The notes under the pieces: model-generated
Told to the model about the DNA's origin: nothing
The model's input: the letters and a program-made list of their open reading frames with translations, nothing else
The model's database searches: none
Shown: piece after piece, positions 48,301 through 61,020 of the stretch
Position numbering within the stretch: position 1 is the stretch's first letter
Layout of the letters: each line of letters starts with the position of its first letter
NCBI GenBank assembly: GCA_977017645.1
Contig: OZ360228.1
Span: forward strand, 82,212,001-82,276,000
Direction of reading: 5' to 3'
From: Torpedo marmorata
Taxonomy: Eukaryota
Length of the DNA stretch: 64,000 nucleotides
Translations under genes and position numbers: made by a program

Positions 48301-50011
48301 AATCTAGAGTGAGATGGGAGTCAGATTTGAACGTAACAATTGATGAACAACTCTGGTCAGATTTATGTCAAGGAAGTTTGTTAGCTACCATTAATGCCAG
48401 GTATAGATTGGTTCACTATAATTTCCTCCATCAGCTGTACCTCACCCCACAGAAAATACATAAATATAAGCCTGAGTTGTCAGAGATATGCTTTGTGGTA
48501 TAGAGGTTGGCTCCATTTTGCACTCTACCTGGCTCTGTACAAAGGTGAGACCCTTCTGGTACGACCTCTGTGACACTTTGACTAAGATCACATAAGTCAC
48601 CTTCCCATTGGATCCAGAGCTTTGCTTACTGGGGAATTTCACGAGTGTTAGTAGATCGTTAACTAATTTTCAAATTAAATTTACAGAAATTGGTTTATGT
48701 GTGGCCAGGAAATATATAGCAATGACATGGAAATCTGACTCCCCTCTCCTCATTGATAGATGGTCTTTGGAAATGAACAGCTGTATTCCTCTTGAAAAGA
48801 TCACGTATAATCTTAGAAAATGATATAACACCTTCCTGAAAATTTGGCAACCTTACCTAGAATATATAGGCACTTCCATGACGCCACTATAGGGATGTGA
48901 AAATGGTGTCACTGCCGGAGTCGCTGAAACGGCAGCGCTGCCGCTGGTGCGGACCAGCGAGGAGCGAGGGAGCGGAGATGCAGCGCTCCCGCGGGGTCCA
49001 GCCGCCTAGTCGACTGCCGTCGGCTCCGCACAGGCTTTGAACAGCCCATTGAGGAAGCCAACGGTGGTTTTTATTTGAGATCCCGCAACCGCGGGGTCTG
49101 CACCGAAGATGGCGGCGCCTATTAATCGGCAGCAGCCACGAGGGGCTGCCGACTCCGGGGATGCGCAGGACTGGAGCAGGACACCAGAGGACAGGAAGAT
49201 CACCCCCCCCCGTCTGAGAAGGAGAAGCGGAAGAGACGACCCACGGGACGGTGACCACGGTGGCGGACCAGTGAGGGGCTCTGAGGCTGAAGGACCAGTA
49301 CATGCGGCGGGCTGCTGGCGACTCGAGGCAAGGAACCTGCGGAGGCTGTGGGCTGCTCGAGACTGCTGTCGGGAGACGCGTGCCGGGCGGCGGACTGCTG
49401 GAGACTGGCTCGAACTGGCTGGAGGGGTACCAGGTATCGGAACCAGGATGCGAGGGGGTGCCGAGGGCGCTGAATAATTCCTGACCGTGTCGGAGGTTTG
49501 GATCTGGAGCTCGGGTTGCCAATGGTTTGGACTGGACTCTGTGTGGCTGCTGAGGCTGCGGAACTGCTGGAGGCGAATCTACGGACACTCGATGACTCTG
49601 GGGGGACTCTCTTTTGCTTCTCTTTCTCTGACTGTAAGTCTGACTGTAAGAAATGTAAGAGGCGCTTAGGCAATTTCAGCCAGTGGCAAATCTGTCTGCC
49701 TTGCAGCAGGCAAAAATAAATTTCATGTAATATGACACTGTTTTATTACTATGACAATAAATTGAATCTTGAATCTGGAATCATTTCTGGCTAGCCAGAA
49801 GACCTCTGTAAAGAATATAGCATTGTGGTAATACCGTGTGTTTCACTGTACGCACTGACGATGGGGTTTTTCTTTTTCTCTTTTTTCTTTTTCTTTGTTT
49901 AATTGGGTTTACACAGAAAGGGTAGGGAAGTGGTTTTTTTTTGATGTTTTGTATAATTGTTAATTGTTAAATATACTTAAAAATGAAAAACAAAATATTA
50001 TATAAAAAAAA
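48301..50011 (+). mobile_element. 5'-truncated L1-clade LINE, interrupted at 48900-49775
   Basis: YRLVHYNFLHQLYLTP, CIPLEKITYNLRK; A-rich tail; 12-bp TSD ATGAATGTCCTC at 48289-48300 and 50012-50023. Confidence 0.85.
48900..49775 (+). mobile_element. Non-coding Rex-tailed element, apparently full-length
   Basis: Inverted homologue of 7437-8270; internal AAGATGGCGGC at 49106; tail ACAATAAATTGAATCTTGAATC. Confidence 0.85.
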
Positions 50012-51071
50012 ATGAATGTCCTCTCCCAACCTGTTGCCAATGCTCTATGAAAATAAATCTTTGGAAGGTATTCTCATTCTGCCTGTGACCCTGCGGGGCA
50101 ACAAAACAATAAAGGCAACAAAAGACTTCAGATTCAAGAAGACAACAAATTGTTCTATTTGGGATTGACTCTTTAGTCTTTGGAAGATTTCATGTCTTTC
50201 AAAACACCCCAATGAGTTCATAATTCTGCTCACTTAGAAAAAGTTATATGGCAGAGCATTATGGCCCAGGGTCAAGGCACAACCCTCCAAAGTGGGCAGA
50301 TGGAAAATGTATGGTCCTTTTCCTCTTACAATTTAAAAAAAAAATTATTGTAATAGGGTGGTATTTGTGCCCAAATGTCCCAGATAAAACTCTTCCACAC
50401 ATTGGGGTCAGGGTGCAGTGACTGAAGAACTCTACCTCCAGTGGAAGCAGAAAAAAACACGAGATCTCATTTGCATTCACTTCCCATACAACTATTATTT
50501 CCAGATACACAGAAATTCAATGTATCCCAACTTTTGGATCTTGGGATATCTTATGTGAAGTACTTTCCTACTGATAGAAAATTCCTCTGTTATCTCACCG
50601 ACTCTACAGTTCCTTGCCTTTTGCCAAGTCATTTTTGAGGCCTCCGGAATTTGTAATTGTGATATGTAATTTGCAGTTACAAAAGACTTCAGTTCTTTAC
50701 TGCGTTTATTGAGGCATTTTCACAGAGTTCCAAGTCACGTCTAGAATGTTGGTATTTATTTCATAATTCCTCACAGCTGAATGATTACATTTTAAAGCAT
50801 TTAGTAATAAAAAACAATCTGGATGTTTTTTCCTTTCATGTCAATCCCATGAGTGACTACAGCTGTGTCACTCAAATAAAAAAGTCAATTTTGCCAACCA
50901 GAGTATCACTCTGGAAATGAAACGAAAAGAAAACTTCTAATTATGTAACATTGTTAATATTTATTTCAGGATATGCAAAGCTCTTTACATCCAACAAATA
51001 ACTTTTTAAACATTTTAACGATACAGCTCAGTAGAAAGCCCTTCTGGACCATGAAACCATGCCGAGCAATT

Positions 51072-51846
51072 AGATTTCAGATTTCAGATTTATTGTTAGA
51101 GTACATACATGACATCACATACAGCCCTGAGATTCTTTTACCTGCGGGCCAGGCAGAATTACCACTTATTGGTAGTGCAAAAATAAAAACTGTACACAAC
51201 GAATACATGTAAACAAAAAAAGAAATGTAAAGAAACTGACTGTGCAATATAGAGAGGAAAAAAAAACAATAAAGTGCAAAAGTAAGAGTCCTTAAATGAG
51301 TCCCTGATTGAGTTATTGTTGAGGAGTATGATGGTGGAGGGGTAGCAGCTGTTCCTGAATGTGGTGGTCTGAGTCTTGTGGCACCTATACCTCTTTCCTG
51401 ATGGTAGCAGCGAGAACAGAGTGTGTGCTGGGTGGTGTGGATCCTTGGTGATTGCTGCTGCTCTCCAACAGCAACGTTCCTTGTAGATATTCTCGATGGT
51501 GGAAAGGGTTTTACCTATGATGTCCGGGGATGTGTTCACTACCTTTTGTAGGGCTTTACGCCTGGGGGTATTGGTGTCTCCATAGCAGACCGTGATGCAG
51601 CCGGTCAGCACACTTTCCACCACACATCTGTAGAAATTTGCCAGGGTTTCCGATGTCATACCAAACCTCTGCAAACTCCTGAGGAAGTAGAGGCGCTGAT
51701 GTGCTTTCTTCATGATGCCATTAGAGTGTTGGGTCCAGGAAAGATCCTCCGAGATAGTGACTCCCAAGAAGTTACATTTGCTCACCCTCTCCACCTCTGA
51801 TCCCCCAATGATCACTGGATCGTACACCTCTGGTTTTCCCTTCCTC
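51072..51846 (-). mobile_element. Rex1/Babar family 1 3' fragment with open ORF2 C-terminus
   Basis: ORF 51159..51878 FLGVTISEDLSW...KKAHQRLYFLRSL...FRNSCYPSTI. Confidence 0.9.
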
Positions 51847-52309
51847 AGTGGAAGCTTGAACTTTCTGGGTGAAGTCATTTAGGTTCCTTACTGTTGAGGT
51901 CCTCAGCAATGAAGAGTTTGATTATATTGATGCGGCATTACATCTGAGTCCATCCACTAAACAGCTGGGAAAAGCCATGACAGCCAACGTAGGCGTGGTT
52001 TAACTGGGCATCAAGTCCATTTGAAGACTAAATATTTCTGAATGTCTCTGACATATTTAATAACACTTAAAACCTATTAAATTCAATTATTTCAAAGAAT
52101 GTAATTTTTCTTCAAGCCTTGCCTCTCTAGTCAAGTGAATGAGGAATTCCCACAGCTTGGCTGTCCACTACTGGACTTCTGAATTCATCTTTGTCCACTT
52201 AAAATATTTGTTTATGTAATTGATATTCATGTTATGGCATAAGTGGATTTCTCCTCTGACTCGTACTGTAGTTTAGCTTGGACTGCCACTATTATATCAG
52301 AGAGGCACT

Positions 52310-53245
52310 GTTGGACTGCCTCCCTTGGGATTATTCTCTCTGTGATTCCCCTGTTCATTCTTCCCTCCTGACCCATTCTTCCACTGACTCCCTGGCACTT
52401 TCCACTGCAACCATTGGAGGTGCAATACCTGTCCCTACAACTTCCCCCTCACCACCATCCAGGGACCTAAACAGCCCATCAGCTGAGGCAGAGATTTGCA
52501 TACACCTCTTCCAACATTGCTGCATTCAGTGCTCTCAATGTGGCCTCCTCAATATTGGTGAGACCAAGCGCAGCCTGGGCAACCGCTTTGTCCTCACAGC
52601 TATCTGGAACTCCTGGTTACCACCTATTTTAATTCCCTTCCCCATGTTTGGCCTTGGCCTCCTTCATTGCGAGGGTGGGGTCAAATGCAAATTTGAAGAA
52701 CGGCACCTCATTATATTCTGCAGCCCAATGGCACGAACATTGAATTTTCCAAGTAATCTGTTCCCCCTCGATCTCTTTATCTCTTCTCCGATTCCACCTA
52801 GGTTCTCTCACACACACCCTTCCTTCCAGCCTTCTGTTACTCAGTTCCTTTCCTCTTCTCCACTATCTCCACCCACAAACCCCTCCCACATATTCCCTTC
52901 CCCATTGTTCTCATCAGGCCGTTATCGCTCCCTTCAATCTCCTTACTTCAGCTCCTTCTCCCTTCTCTCCTCCCTCCTGGCTTCATCTCCCTCCCCTTTT
53001 TCCTTCTTCTGCTTCCACTTATCACTGTCTCTGAACTCCACATCACCTGGCTCCATCTGTCAGTTATCCTTCACCACTCTTTGATCCACCTATCACCCAC
53101 TGACCCCTCCCCTTCTCTTTACTACTGCCTGTCTTCCCTCTTCCTTTCTCAGCCCCGAAGCAGGGTTTCAACTGAAACATCAACTGTCCATTTTCCTCCA
53201 TGGATTCTGGCTGACCCACTGGGTTCCTTCAGCAGTTTATTTTTT
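52310..53245 (+). mobile_element. Old Penelope-like element with GIY-YIG remnant
   Basis: CSQCGLLNIGETKRSLGNRF; pyrimidine-rich tract; decayed pseudo-LTR. Confidence 0.75.
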
Positions 53246-53626
53246 CCATGATCAATTTAGGGCTGATAAACCAGACATTTCCCTTGGTTCTGGAAGGTTT
53301 TTTTCTTCAAAGAGTATACTTTATTCATACAATATACAAATGGCACATGGTATTATTTTCTTTCACTGTACCAAACGTACAGTGTTTACAGTGTGTCCAA
53401 TATGCCAACATCTTACTTCACTAACTTTTCTACATATGTGTATTATATTGTATGAACTAGTAAATCATATTTAATATAATGATGTGACTGGATTATGAAC
53501 TGACATATTGAATAATATACCTCAAAAAGAGACTCTTGTATTAATGACTAAACGCAAAAAGCATTAAAATAAATCAAAATAATCTTGCTCTATTAATGAG
53601 AGGTAAAGTGACGATGAAAATGGAGT

Positions 53627-54352
53627 AAAAACAATGCTGGAGAAACTCAGCAGGTCAAACAGTGTACTTTATGTAGCAAAGATAAAGATACAAAACCAAC
53701 GTTTCAGGCTTTAGCCCTTCATCAAGGTATGAGTAAAATGTCAGCAGGTGCCTGAACAAAATGGGGGGGGGAGGGGCAGGGGGGAGGGGCAGGGGGAGGA
53801 GCACAGTCCCACAGGCAGGAGGTAATAGGTGGATAAGAGAAGGAGGGCAAACCACCCATCCCTCTGTCTTCTTTCCTCCAGCTCTCCACCCCCTTCCTTC
53901 TCCTTTCACAGAGACTCCCCGTTCTCCCTCTCTTCCCCATTCCCTCTGTCTTTTTTCCTCCTGCTCTCCACCCCCTCCCTCTCCTTTTACAGAGACTCCC
54001 CGTTCTCCCTCTCTTCCCCATTCCCTCTGTCTTCTTTCCTCCAGCTCTCCACCCCCTCCCTCTCCTTTTACAGAGCCACCCCCCCTCTCCATGTTTGCTC
54101 ATGTGCCCTCCCTCCCTTTATCTACCTATTTCTCCTGCCTGTGGGACTGTGCTCCTCCCCCTGCCCCTCACCCCCTCCACTTTGTTCAGGCGCCTGCCTA
54201 CATTTTGCTCGTACCTTGATGAAAGGCTCAAGCCGGAAACGTTGTTTATGTATCTTTACGTTTGCTATATAAAGTACACAGTTTGACTTGCTGAGCTTCT
54301 CCAGCATTGTTTTTACTTCAGTCACACTATCTGCAGACTTTTGTGTTTTACT
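53627..54352. mobile_element. Penelope-like insertion made of inverted pseudo-LTRs with an internal ~82-bp tandem repeat
   Basis: 16-bp TSD ACGATGAAAATGGAGT at 53611-53626 and 54353-54368; 53627-53850 mirrors about 54105-54316. Confidence 0.9.
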
Positions 54353-54774
54353 ACGATGAAAATGGAGTTGTCTGTCATTTTAATTCATTATTTTTAAACT
54401 ATTTTTGCGCACATAGTACCATTAGTCAACTGCTAGATAAACAAGTATGGGTACTATGCAAATTTATTTACGCATCAATGAATATAAAACTTTCAATGAC
54501 CAGTTCAATCCAGTTGTGTTTTGGAATAATTCTTTGCATTATATATTTTTTATATTTTTACAATTGGTAAATTACTTTTATTATTATTATTGCTAAAATT
54601 GGGTTTATCGCAAAAAAGTAAGTAGGTTTTATCAGAAGCCAGAAATTCGCCTTGGATAATGTGCCGAAAGAGGGGCTGTCAAATCACCTGCTTCTATATC
54701 GTATACAACTAACTGCAATAAAACTGAATATTATGTATAAAACGATATGATCCCATCCATTTGCTTCATTTCCT

Positions 54775-55052
54775 GGGTGGCACGGTTGGCGTAGCGGTTA
54801 GCGCAACGCCTTTACAGCGCCAGCGATCGGGACCGGGGTTCGAATCCCGCGTTGTCTGCAAGGAGTTTGTACGTTCTCCCTGTGTCTGCGTGGGTTTTTC
54901 CTGGGGGCTCCGGTTTCCTCCCACAGTTCGAAACGTACTGGGGGTGTTGGTTAATGGGGTGTAAATTGGGCGGCATGGACGCGTGGGCCGAAATGGCCTG
55001 TTACCGTGCTGTATGTCTAAATTTAAAAATTTAAATTTATAAATTTTAAAAA
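54775..55052 (+). mobile_element. tRNA-derived V-type (HE1-like) SINE
   Basis: A-box TGGCGTAGCGG, B-box GGTTCGAATCC, V-core, tail. Confidence 0.9.
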
Positions 55053-56584
55053 TCCTAGCCCAGCGACCAGACCACAAGATCTCAATCGCACAATTTTAAA
55101 TGATGAAAAATTACCTCAAAAAGGATACAGAACTATTTATTATGTATATTGCCATAGAGTAGTCAGCTTCTTAGTAAAATTAATGGTGACCCTGCCATGT
55201 TCCTGTGCCTTAAAAAGCTGTTCAAATTTTAGATCCTCCTTTAAGACCTGTAAATGTGTAAATTCAACCATGGGCATGGCCAGTGGTGTTGATGGATCTG
55301 CCCTCCAGCACAATATCTTTAATAATATATTTTTAAATTTTAAATATTTTGCACTGGGCTTTTAAACTTAAGGCAAACTCTAACTGTGTACGTTGTTTAA
55401 ATTCTCAGCAATTAATATCTGTGATTTCCGTAGCCCATCTAGCCTGTTTTGTTTCACTATTTGAAGGAGGATATCTGCATGCACATATCCATGGCCAGTG
55501 TGAGCAAAGAAAGTCAGGAGTATGGAGACATTGCATATGAGTTACATAGTTTTATATAAAAAGAAAGTTATTCATTAAAAATTGTACTTATTGTTAAATT
55601 TGTTGTCAGCTGTTTCAGGCAAATTTCCCCATGGACAAGACAGCAATGATTTCCTTTTATTTTAAAATCACAAATTGGACTTTTTTCAACAATAGCACTA
55701 AGCCTAGTATTGCACTACAATGTCATGAATGTCAACAGATTTAAGCTGCTTCATTGACCTCACATTTAGCTGCTCACGTTACAACTTCAATGCACTTTCA
55801 GGCACCTCATTCAAACCACTTCTGCTAATACTATTCATAATTTCTCCAAGTATTTGCTGCTAGTTTTGTTCTGAAGTGTTGTCATCTAATTAATGGGCCC
55901 CAAAGCTTTTGGCCTTTTGTGATGTGCATTTTCTGTATCCTTCTGGTGTTGTTAGTATGATGATGAATACTTGAACTGCTGTTGAATTATGCATTAGTGT
56001 TCCATTGCCCAGGTATTTTGAGGAAAGGAATGGGGAGAGGTTCACTGGTATTGCGGCACATGATGATGTGATGAGCCAATCAGAATAAGAATGCAAAGGT
56101 GCCTTGAGTTGCTTAACTATTGTTTTCACCAGGTGTTATGCACAAGTTTGAGAACCACTTAGATGTTTATCTAAATGAGCTCCACAATTGAAATATACAG
56201 TACCGCATCTAATGTAGAGCATTCTCATTTAAAAACATTAATTTTCATGTATAAATATGAAATATTTCTTTTATTTATGTAAAGTATTGTTGGGTTACTG
56301 TTAACCACCATTTTATTAAAAGAAAAGTGTTGGTTATCACTTAAAACTGTTTACATTCTTTTATGTGAATGATGAAATGCTACCATACACCTCATTTCTA
56401 GTTCTTTTAAGATTAATAGTGCTTCATAACATAATAGTGCTAACATACAGTAAATAAAGATCCTGTTATCAAATCATATTAAATGTTTATTCATAATGTC
56501 TTTCACGAAGAGATAAGCTGATTAATGCAGTTATTGTTAAGGAATTGAGTCAAATGAATCAGAAAAGATTCTGAAATTTGAAAT

Positions 56585-57130
56585 AAAACCTATAGATGCT
56601 GGAAATCTGAAACAAAAACAGAAAATGCTGAAAAAATCTCAACCAGTCAGGCAGGTTTTCCAATTGAGGCAGAGGTTCATTTGCACACCTTCCAACTTGA
56701 TTCCACTGGATTAAGTTCACGAAGTCACCTCCTCGACATTGGAGAAACCAAGCATAAATCAGGTGAACTTTTGCGGAGCAAAGGCACCCTGTCTGCAATG
56801 ACCACCTCCCGCTTCCAGTTGCATGTGATTTAACTCTATCTTCCACTCCCACACCAGCGTCTGTTCTCAGCCTTTTCCGTTGCTATGGAGAGGCCAAATG
56901 CAGACTAGAAGAACAGCATCTCATATTCTGGTTGAATATGGTAGTGGTACGAGTGTTGAATTTTCCAATTTCAGGTAAACCAAACCCCCTGTGTTCACCT
57001 CCCACACACACTTATCCATTCACCTAGTTTTCTTCTCCCTTTGTTTGCCTTCCTCACCCCATTTACACATCTGGTTCCATCTGCTCATCATTCCCTCCCC
57101 ATCTGGTTCCACCTATCGTCAACCACCCAC
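56585..57130 (+). mobile_element. Old Penelope-like element with short inverted terminus
   Basis: ATTGGAGAAACCAAG (IGETK), CTAGAAGAACAGCATCTCATATTC (LEEQHLIF). Confidence 0.65.
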
Positions 57131-57134
57131 GACC

Positions 57135-57560
57135 CCACACCTTCCTTGAAGTGCCATATGTTGGTCTTCCAGCACAGTGAGAGGTTAGTCAGGGAATGCT
57201 GCCGATTGGCACATTCCAGGTGTCAGGAGTACATGCTGAGTGATGTACTGAGGCTTGTACAGCCAAATGCAAAGGCTGTCAAGGGTCCTTTCATGACTGG
57301 GCATTGCAGAGCTGAGACTGGTGGGGAAGCCCCTCAAACAACTGAAAGGTGCGTCATCTCAGGTGCCAAATGAATGGGAATGATTTCACATATAATAATG
57401 ATTGGCTAAGACTACAGGGTACAGAATCAAAATATATGGACTAAATGGCAATATGAATGTACAGAGCATTTTACACTAAGAATGAAAAAGGACTTTGCAC
57501 TGTTTTCCTTTGTATATATATTTTCATTTATGAATAATGTTTATTTTTGAAATAAAACTT
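57135..57560 (+). mobile_element. Tx1-like LINE 3' end
   Basis: LVFQHSE...ECCRLAHSRCQEYMLSDVLRL resembles a Tx1-clade ORF2 C-terminus; AT-rich tail. Confidence 0.55.
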
Positions 57561-57789
57561 ACGCCTCCACAGACACAGCTTGACTCTCTGAGTTTTCCCA
57601 GTATTTTCTTTTAGGTCAGTCAGCAACCGTGGAAAGAGAAACAATCAAATTTTTTGTTCATTCTGTCATGTGCTTATTACAGACCCAAACAATGTTGACT
57701 GTTTCACTTTCCACAGATGCTGCCTGACTTGCTGAGTTTCTCCAGCAGTTTCTATTTTTATTACAGGAAAGGTTCTGGCTTTGATTCAT

Positions 57790-58200
57790 GGACCCCGTGA
57801 CTGTGAAGAAGGCACACAAACGCCTTTACTTTCTAAGGAGTCTGAGGAGATTTGGCATGTCGACAATAACTATATCAAACTTCTACAGGTACATTGTGGA
57901 AAGTAAACTGGCTGGCTGCATCACAGCCGAGTTTGGTAATTCAAATGCCCAGAAATGCAGAAGGCTGCAGAAGATAGTAAACACAGCCAGGTCCATCACA
58001 AGCTCTGACCTCCCATCCATTGCAGACATCTATGGGGGACGTTGCCTCAAGAAGGCAGCCAACATCATAAAGGACCCCCACCACTTTGGTCAGAACCTCT
58101 TCTGATTCCTTCGAGCAAAAGGTACAGACAACCATCACCATTTGTTTCAAGAATAGTTTCTTTCTAACAGCTATCAGACTCTTGAACCTCCCCTTGGTTC
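57790..58200 (+). mobile_element. Rex1/Babar LINE fragment (third family)
   Basis: KKAHKRLYFLRSLRRFGMS...NFYRYIVESKLAGCITA...KKAANIIKDPHH. Confidence 0.85.
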
Positions 58201-58356
58201 TTGAATCAGAGAGTGCTCCGACAGCACAAAAGGACTGTCTGCAGGATTACATCACTCTTTTTGCACGAGGATTACTGTAAATATTTATTAAATATCTTAT
58301 GAATTTATTGGCTCTTACAGTTTAATTCAATTAGTTTCCTATAATAATTTTTCTTT

Positions 58357-61020
58357 AAGTTCAAAGTTCAAATTTATTGTCAGAGTACAAACATGATATC
58401 ACATACAACCCTCAGATTCTTTATCCTGTGAGCCAGGCAGAATTTCTACTTATTGGTAACTGTAAACTGTACTCAAGAATAAAGATACGTATACAAAAGA
58501 GAGAAATATAAACAAAGACAGAAATGTAAACAAACTAACTGCAATACAGAAAAAAAAATCAGGAGTAAATAATGTGCAAACTAATAGTCTTTAAATGAGT
58601 CTCTGATTGAGTTAGTTGTTGAGGAGTCTGATGGTGGAGGGGTAGCAACTGTTTCTGAATCTGGTGATACCAGTCCTGTGGTACCTATATCTCTTTCCTG
58701 ATGGCAGCAGTGAGAACAGAGCATATCCTGGGTGGTGTGGATCCTTGATGATTGCTGCTGCTCTCCAACGGCAGTGTTCCATGAAGATGTTCTCGATGGT
58801 GGGGAGAGTTTTGCCTGTGATGTACTGGGCTGTTGTCCTCTACCTTTTGCAGGGCTTTCCACTCAGAGATATGGCGCCCCCATGCCAGGCTGTGATGCCG
58901 CCGGTCAGCACACTTTCCACTACACATCTGTAGAAGTTTGCCAAGGTTTCCAATGTCATACCAAACCTCCACAAACTCCTGAGGAAGTAGAGGCACTGAC
59001 GTGCTTTCTTCATGATGATAGTATGTTGGCCCAGGAAAGGTCCTCCGAGATAGTGACTCCCAGGAATTTGCACATTATTTACTCCTGATTTTTTTTTTCT
59101 GTATTGCAGTTAGTTTCCTCACCTTCTCCACCTCTGAACCCACAATGATCACTGGATCATACACTTCGGGTCTTCTCTTCCTAAAGTCCACAATCAGCTC
59201 TTTGGTTTTGGTGACATTGAGTGCGAGGATTTTTTTTGTTTTTTTTAAAATATTTTATTTAAATTTTTAAATCACACAATACACAATTCAAAATATATAG
59301 TTTCCAAAATACAAGTGATATAAATTTCCTCCCCCCACACCCTCCCACCTTTCCCTAACCCCCCCCCCCAACCCCACTAATCTAAAAATAGTAAAAAAAA
59401 AGAAAAAGAAAAGTAGATTAATAGTGAGGAGAGAACCATCTAAAAACTTATTTTATCCTGGAGGTTAAACTCTCCAATAGACCTGATTTCTAGAGATTTC
59501 AAATCCTTAAACCCATAACTCTCATATATGGGCTCCAAATTTTTAAAAAAGAATGATATTTATTACGTAAATTGTAAGTAATTTTTTCCAAAGGAATACA
59601 CGAACGAAGTTCTGCATGCCACCTATCTAAATTTAAATCTAAATCTGATTTCCAAGTAATAGCAATACATTTTTTTGAAACAGCTAAAGCAATTCGCAAA
59701 AATTCTACCTGATACATATTCAATCTATTCCTAATACTAAATTTTCTAATATCTCCAAATAGAAATAACATAGGGTCCATTGGAAACATAACATTCAAAA
59801 CTCTCTCTAAAAAATTCTTAACTTTCAGCCAAAAATCTTGAATCTTTGGACATAACCATGTAGAATGAACAAAAGAACCTACTTCATTCTTACATCTAAA
59901 ACACAAATCCGACAATGTCGGGTTAAATTTCTTTAATTTTTTTGGTGTTAAATATAATTGATGAAAAAAATTATATTGTACTAATCTATATCTAACATTA
60001 ATAACTTTAGTCATACTTAACTTACATAAATCTTCCCAATGTTTTTCAGCTATATTAACATTTAAATCTAATTCCCATTTTAATCTTGATTTATGTAATC
60101 CTACTTTAGGCATTTTTCTCTGAAATAATTTATACATTTGAGAAATAAACTTATTAACATTTGCTTTAGTTATTAATAGTTCTAACTCATTATGCCTTGG
60201 AGCAATCAAATCTTCTCCTAATTTCTCAACCAGAAAAGCTTTAACTTGATAATAAGCTAGCCATGTATTATCTAATACATTAAATTTTTCCTTCAATCTT
60301 TGAAACGTAACAAATCTTCCAGCCTCAAAACAATCTTTAAAATTCTTAATTCCTTTTTGAAACCATGCTTTCAATAATTGATTATTCATAGTAAATAATA
60401 AAAGTGGATTTTGATATAATGGCATATTTAAAGAAATTAATCCTTTCCCGCCTATTTCTTTATCTACCTGTGTCCATATTTCCAACAAATGTTTAATAAT
60501 CGGTGAATTTTTCTTTTTTACTAATAATAATTTAGAATTCCACTTATAGATAATATCCTCTTTATAATTTTCTCCTATATTATTTAATTCTATATTAACC
60601 CAAGCAGAAGTTTTAGCTAAATCAAAAAATTCATTAACAAATTTTAATTGAGCTGCTTTATAATAATATTGAAAATTAGGAAGTTGCAATCCTCCCATCT
60701 CATAATTCCATGTTAACTTATCCATACTCACTCTTGCTAACTTCTCTTTCCATAAAAATTTCCTAATTATAAACTTTAATTCTTTAAAAAAATTTTTTGG
60801 AATTCCAAAAGGAATTGATTGAAAAAGATATTGAATTCTTGGAAAAATATTCATCTTAATACAATTTACTCTCCCCATTAAAGTTATAGGCAAATCTTTA
60901 TTGAGTGCGAGGTTGTTGTTAGTACACCATTCAGCCAAGTTTTCAATCTCCTTCATGTATGCTGACTCATCGCCCCTTTTTATACAGCCCACTACTGAGG
61001 TATCGTCAGCAAATTTACAA
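58357..61020 (-). mobile_element. Rex1/Babar family 1 copy split by an L1 insertion (58357-59228 and 60900-61020)
   Basis: KFADDTSVVGCIKRGDESAY...; KKARQCLYFLRSL; tail (TTTGAAC)n. Confidence 0.88.
59229..60899 (-). mobile_element. Young 5'-truncated L1-clade LINE with intact ORF2 C-terminus
   Basis: 13-bp TSD ATTGAGTGCGAGG at 59216-59228 and 60900-60912; poly-A tail; LPITLMGRVNCIKMNIFPRIQYLFQ, GGLQLPN, CFRC...H...C zinc knuckle; no stop for about 466 codons. Confidence 0.92.

Noticed and set aside
48887-49719. Long GC-rich ORFs (233 aa and others), also at 7606-8433
   Set aside because: Open in multiple frames because of GC content; antisense to the element, ends differ between copies, no domain motifs
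53655-54325. Low-complexity ORFs on both strands
   Set aside because: Purine/pyrimidine-skewed Penelope pseudo-LTR and tandem repeat
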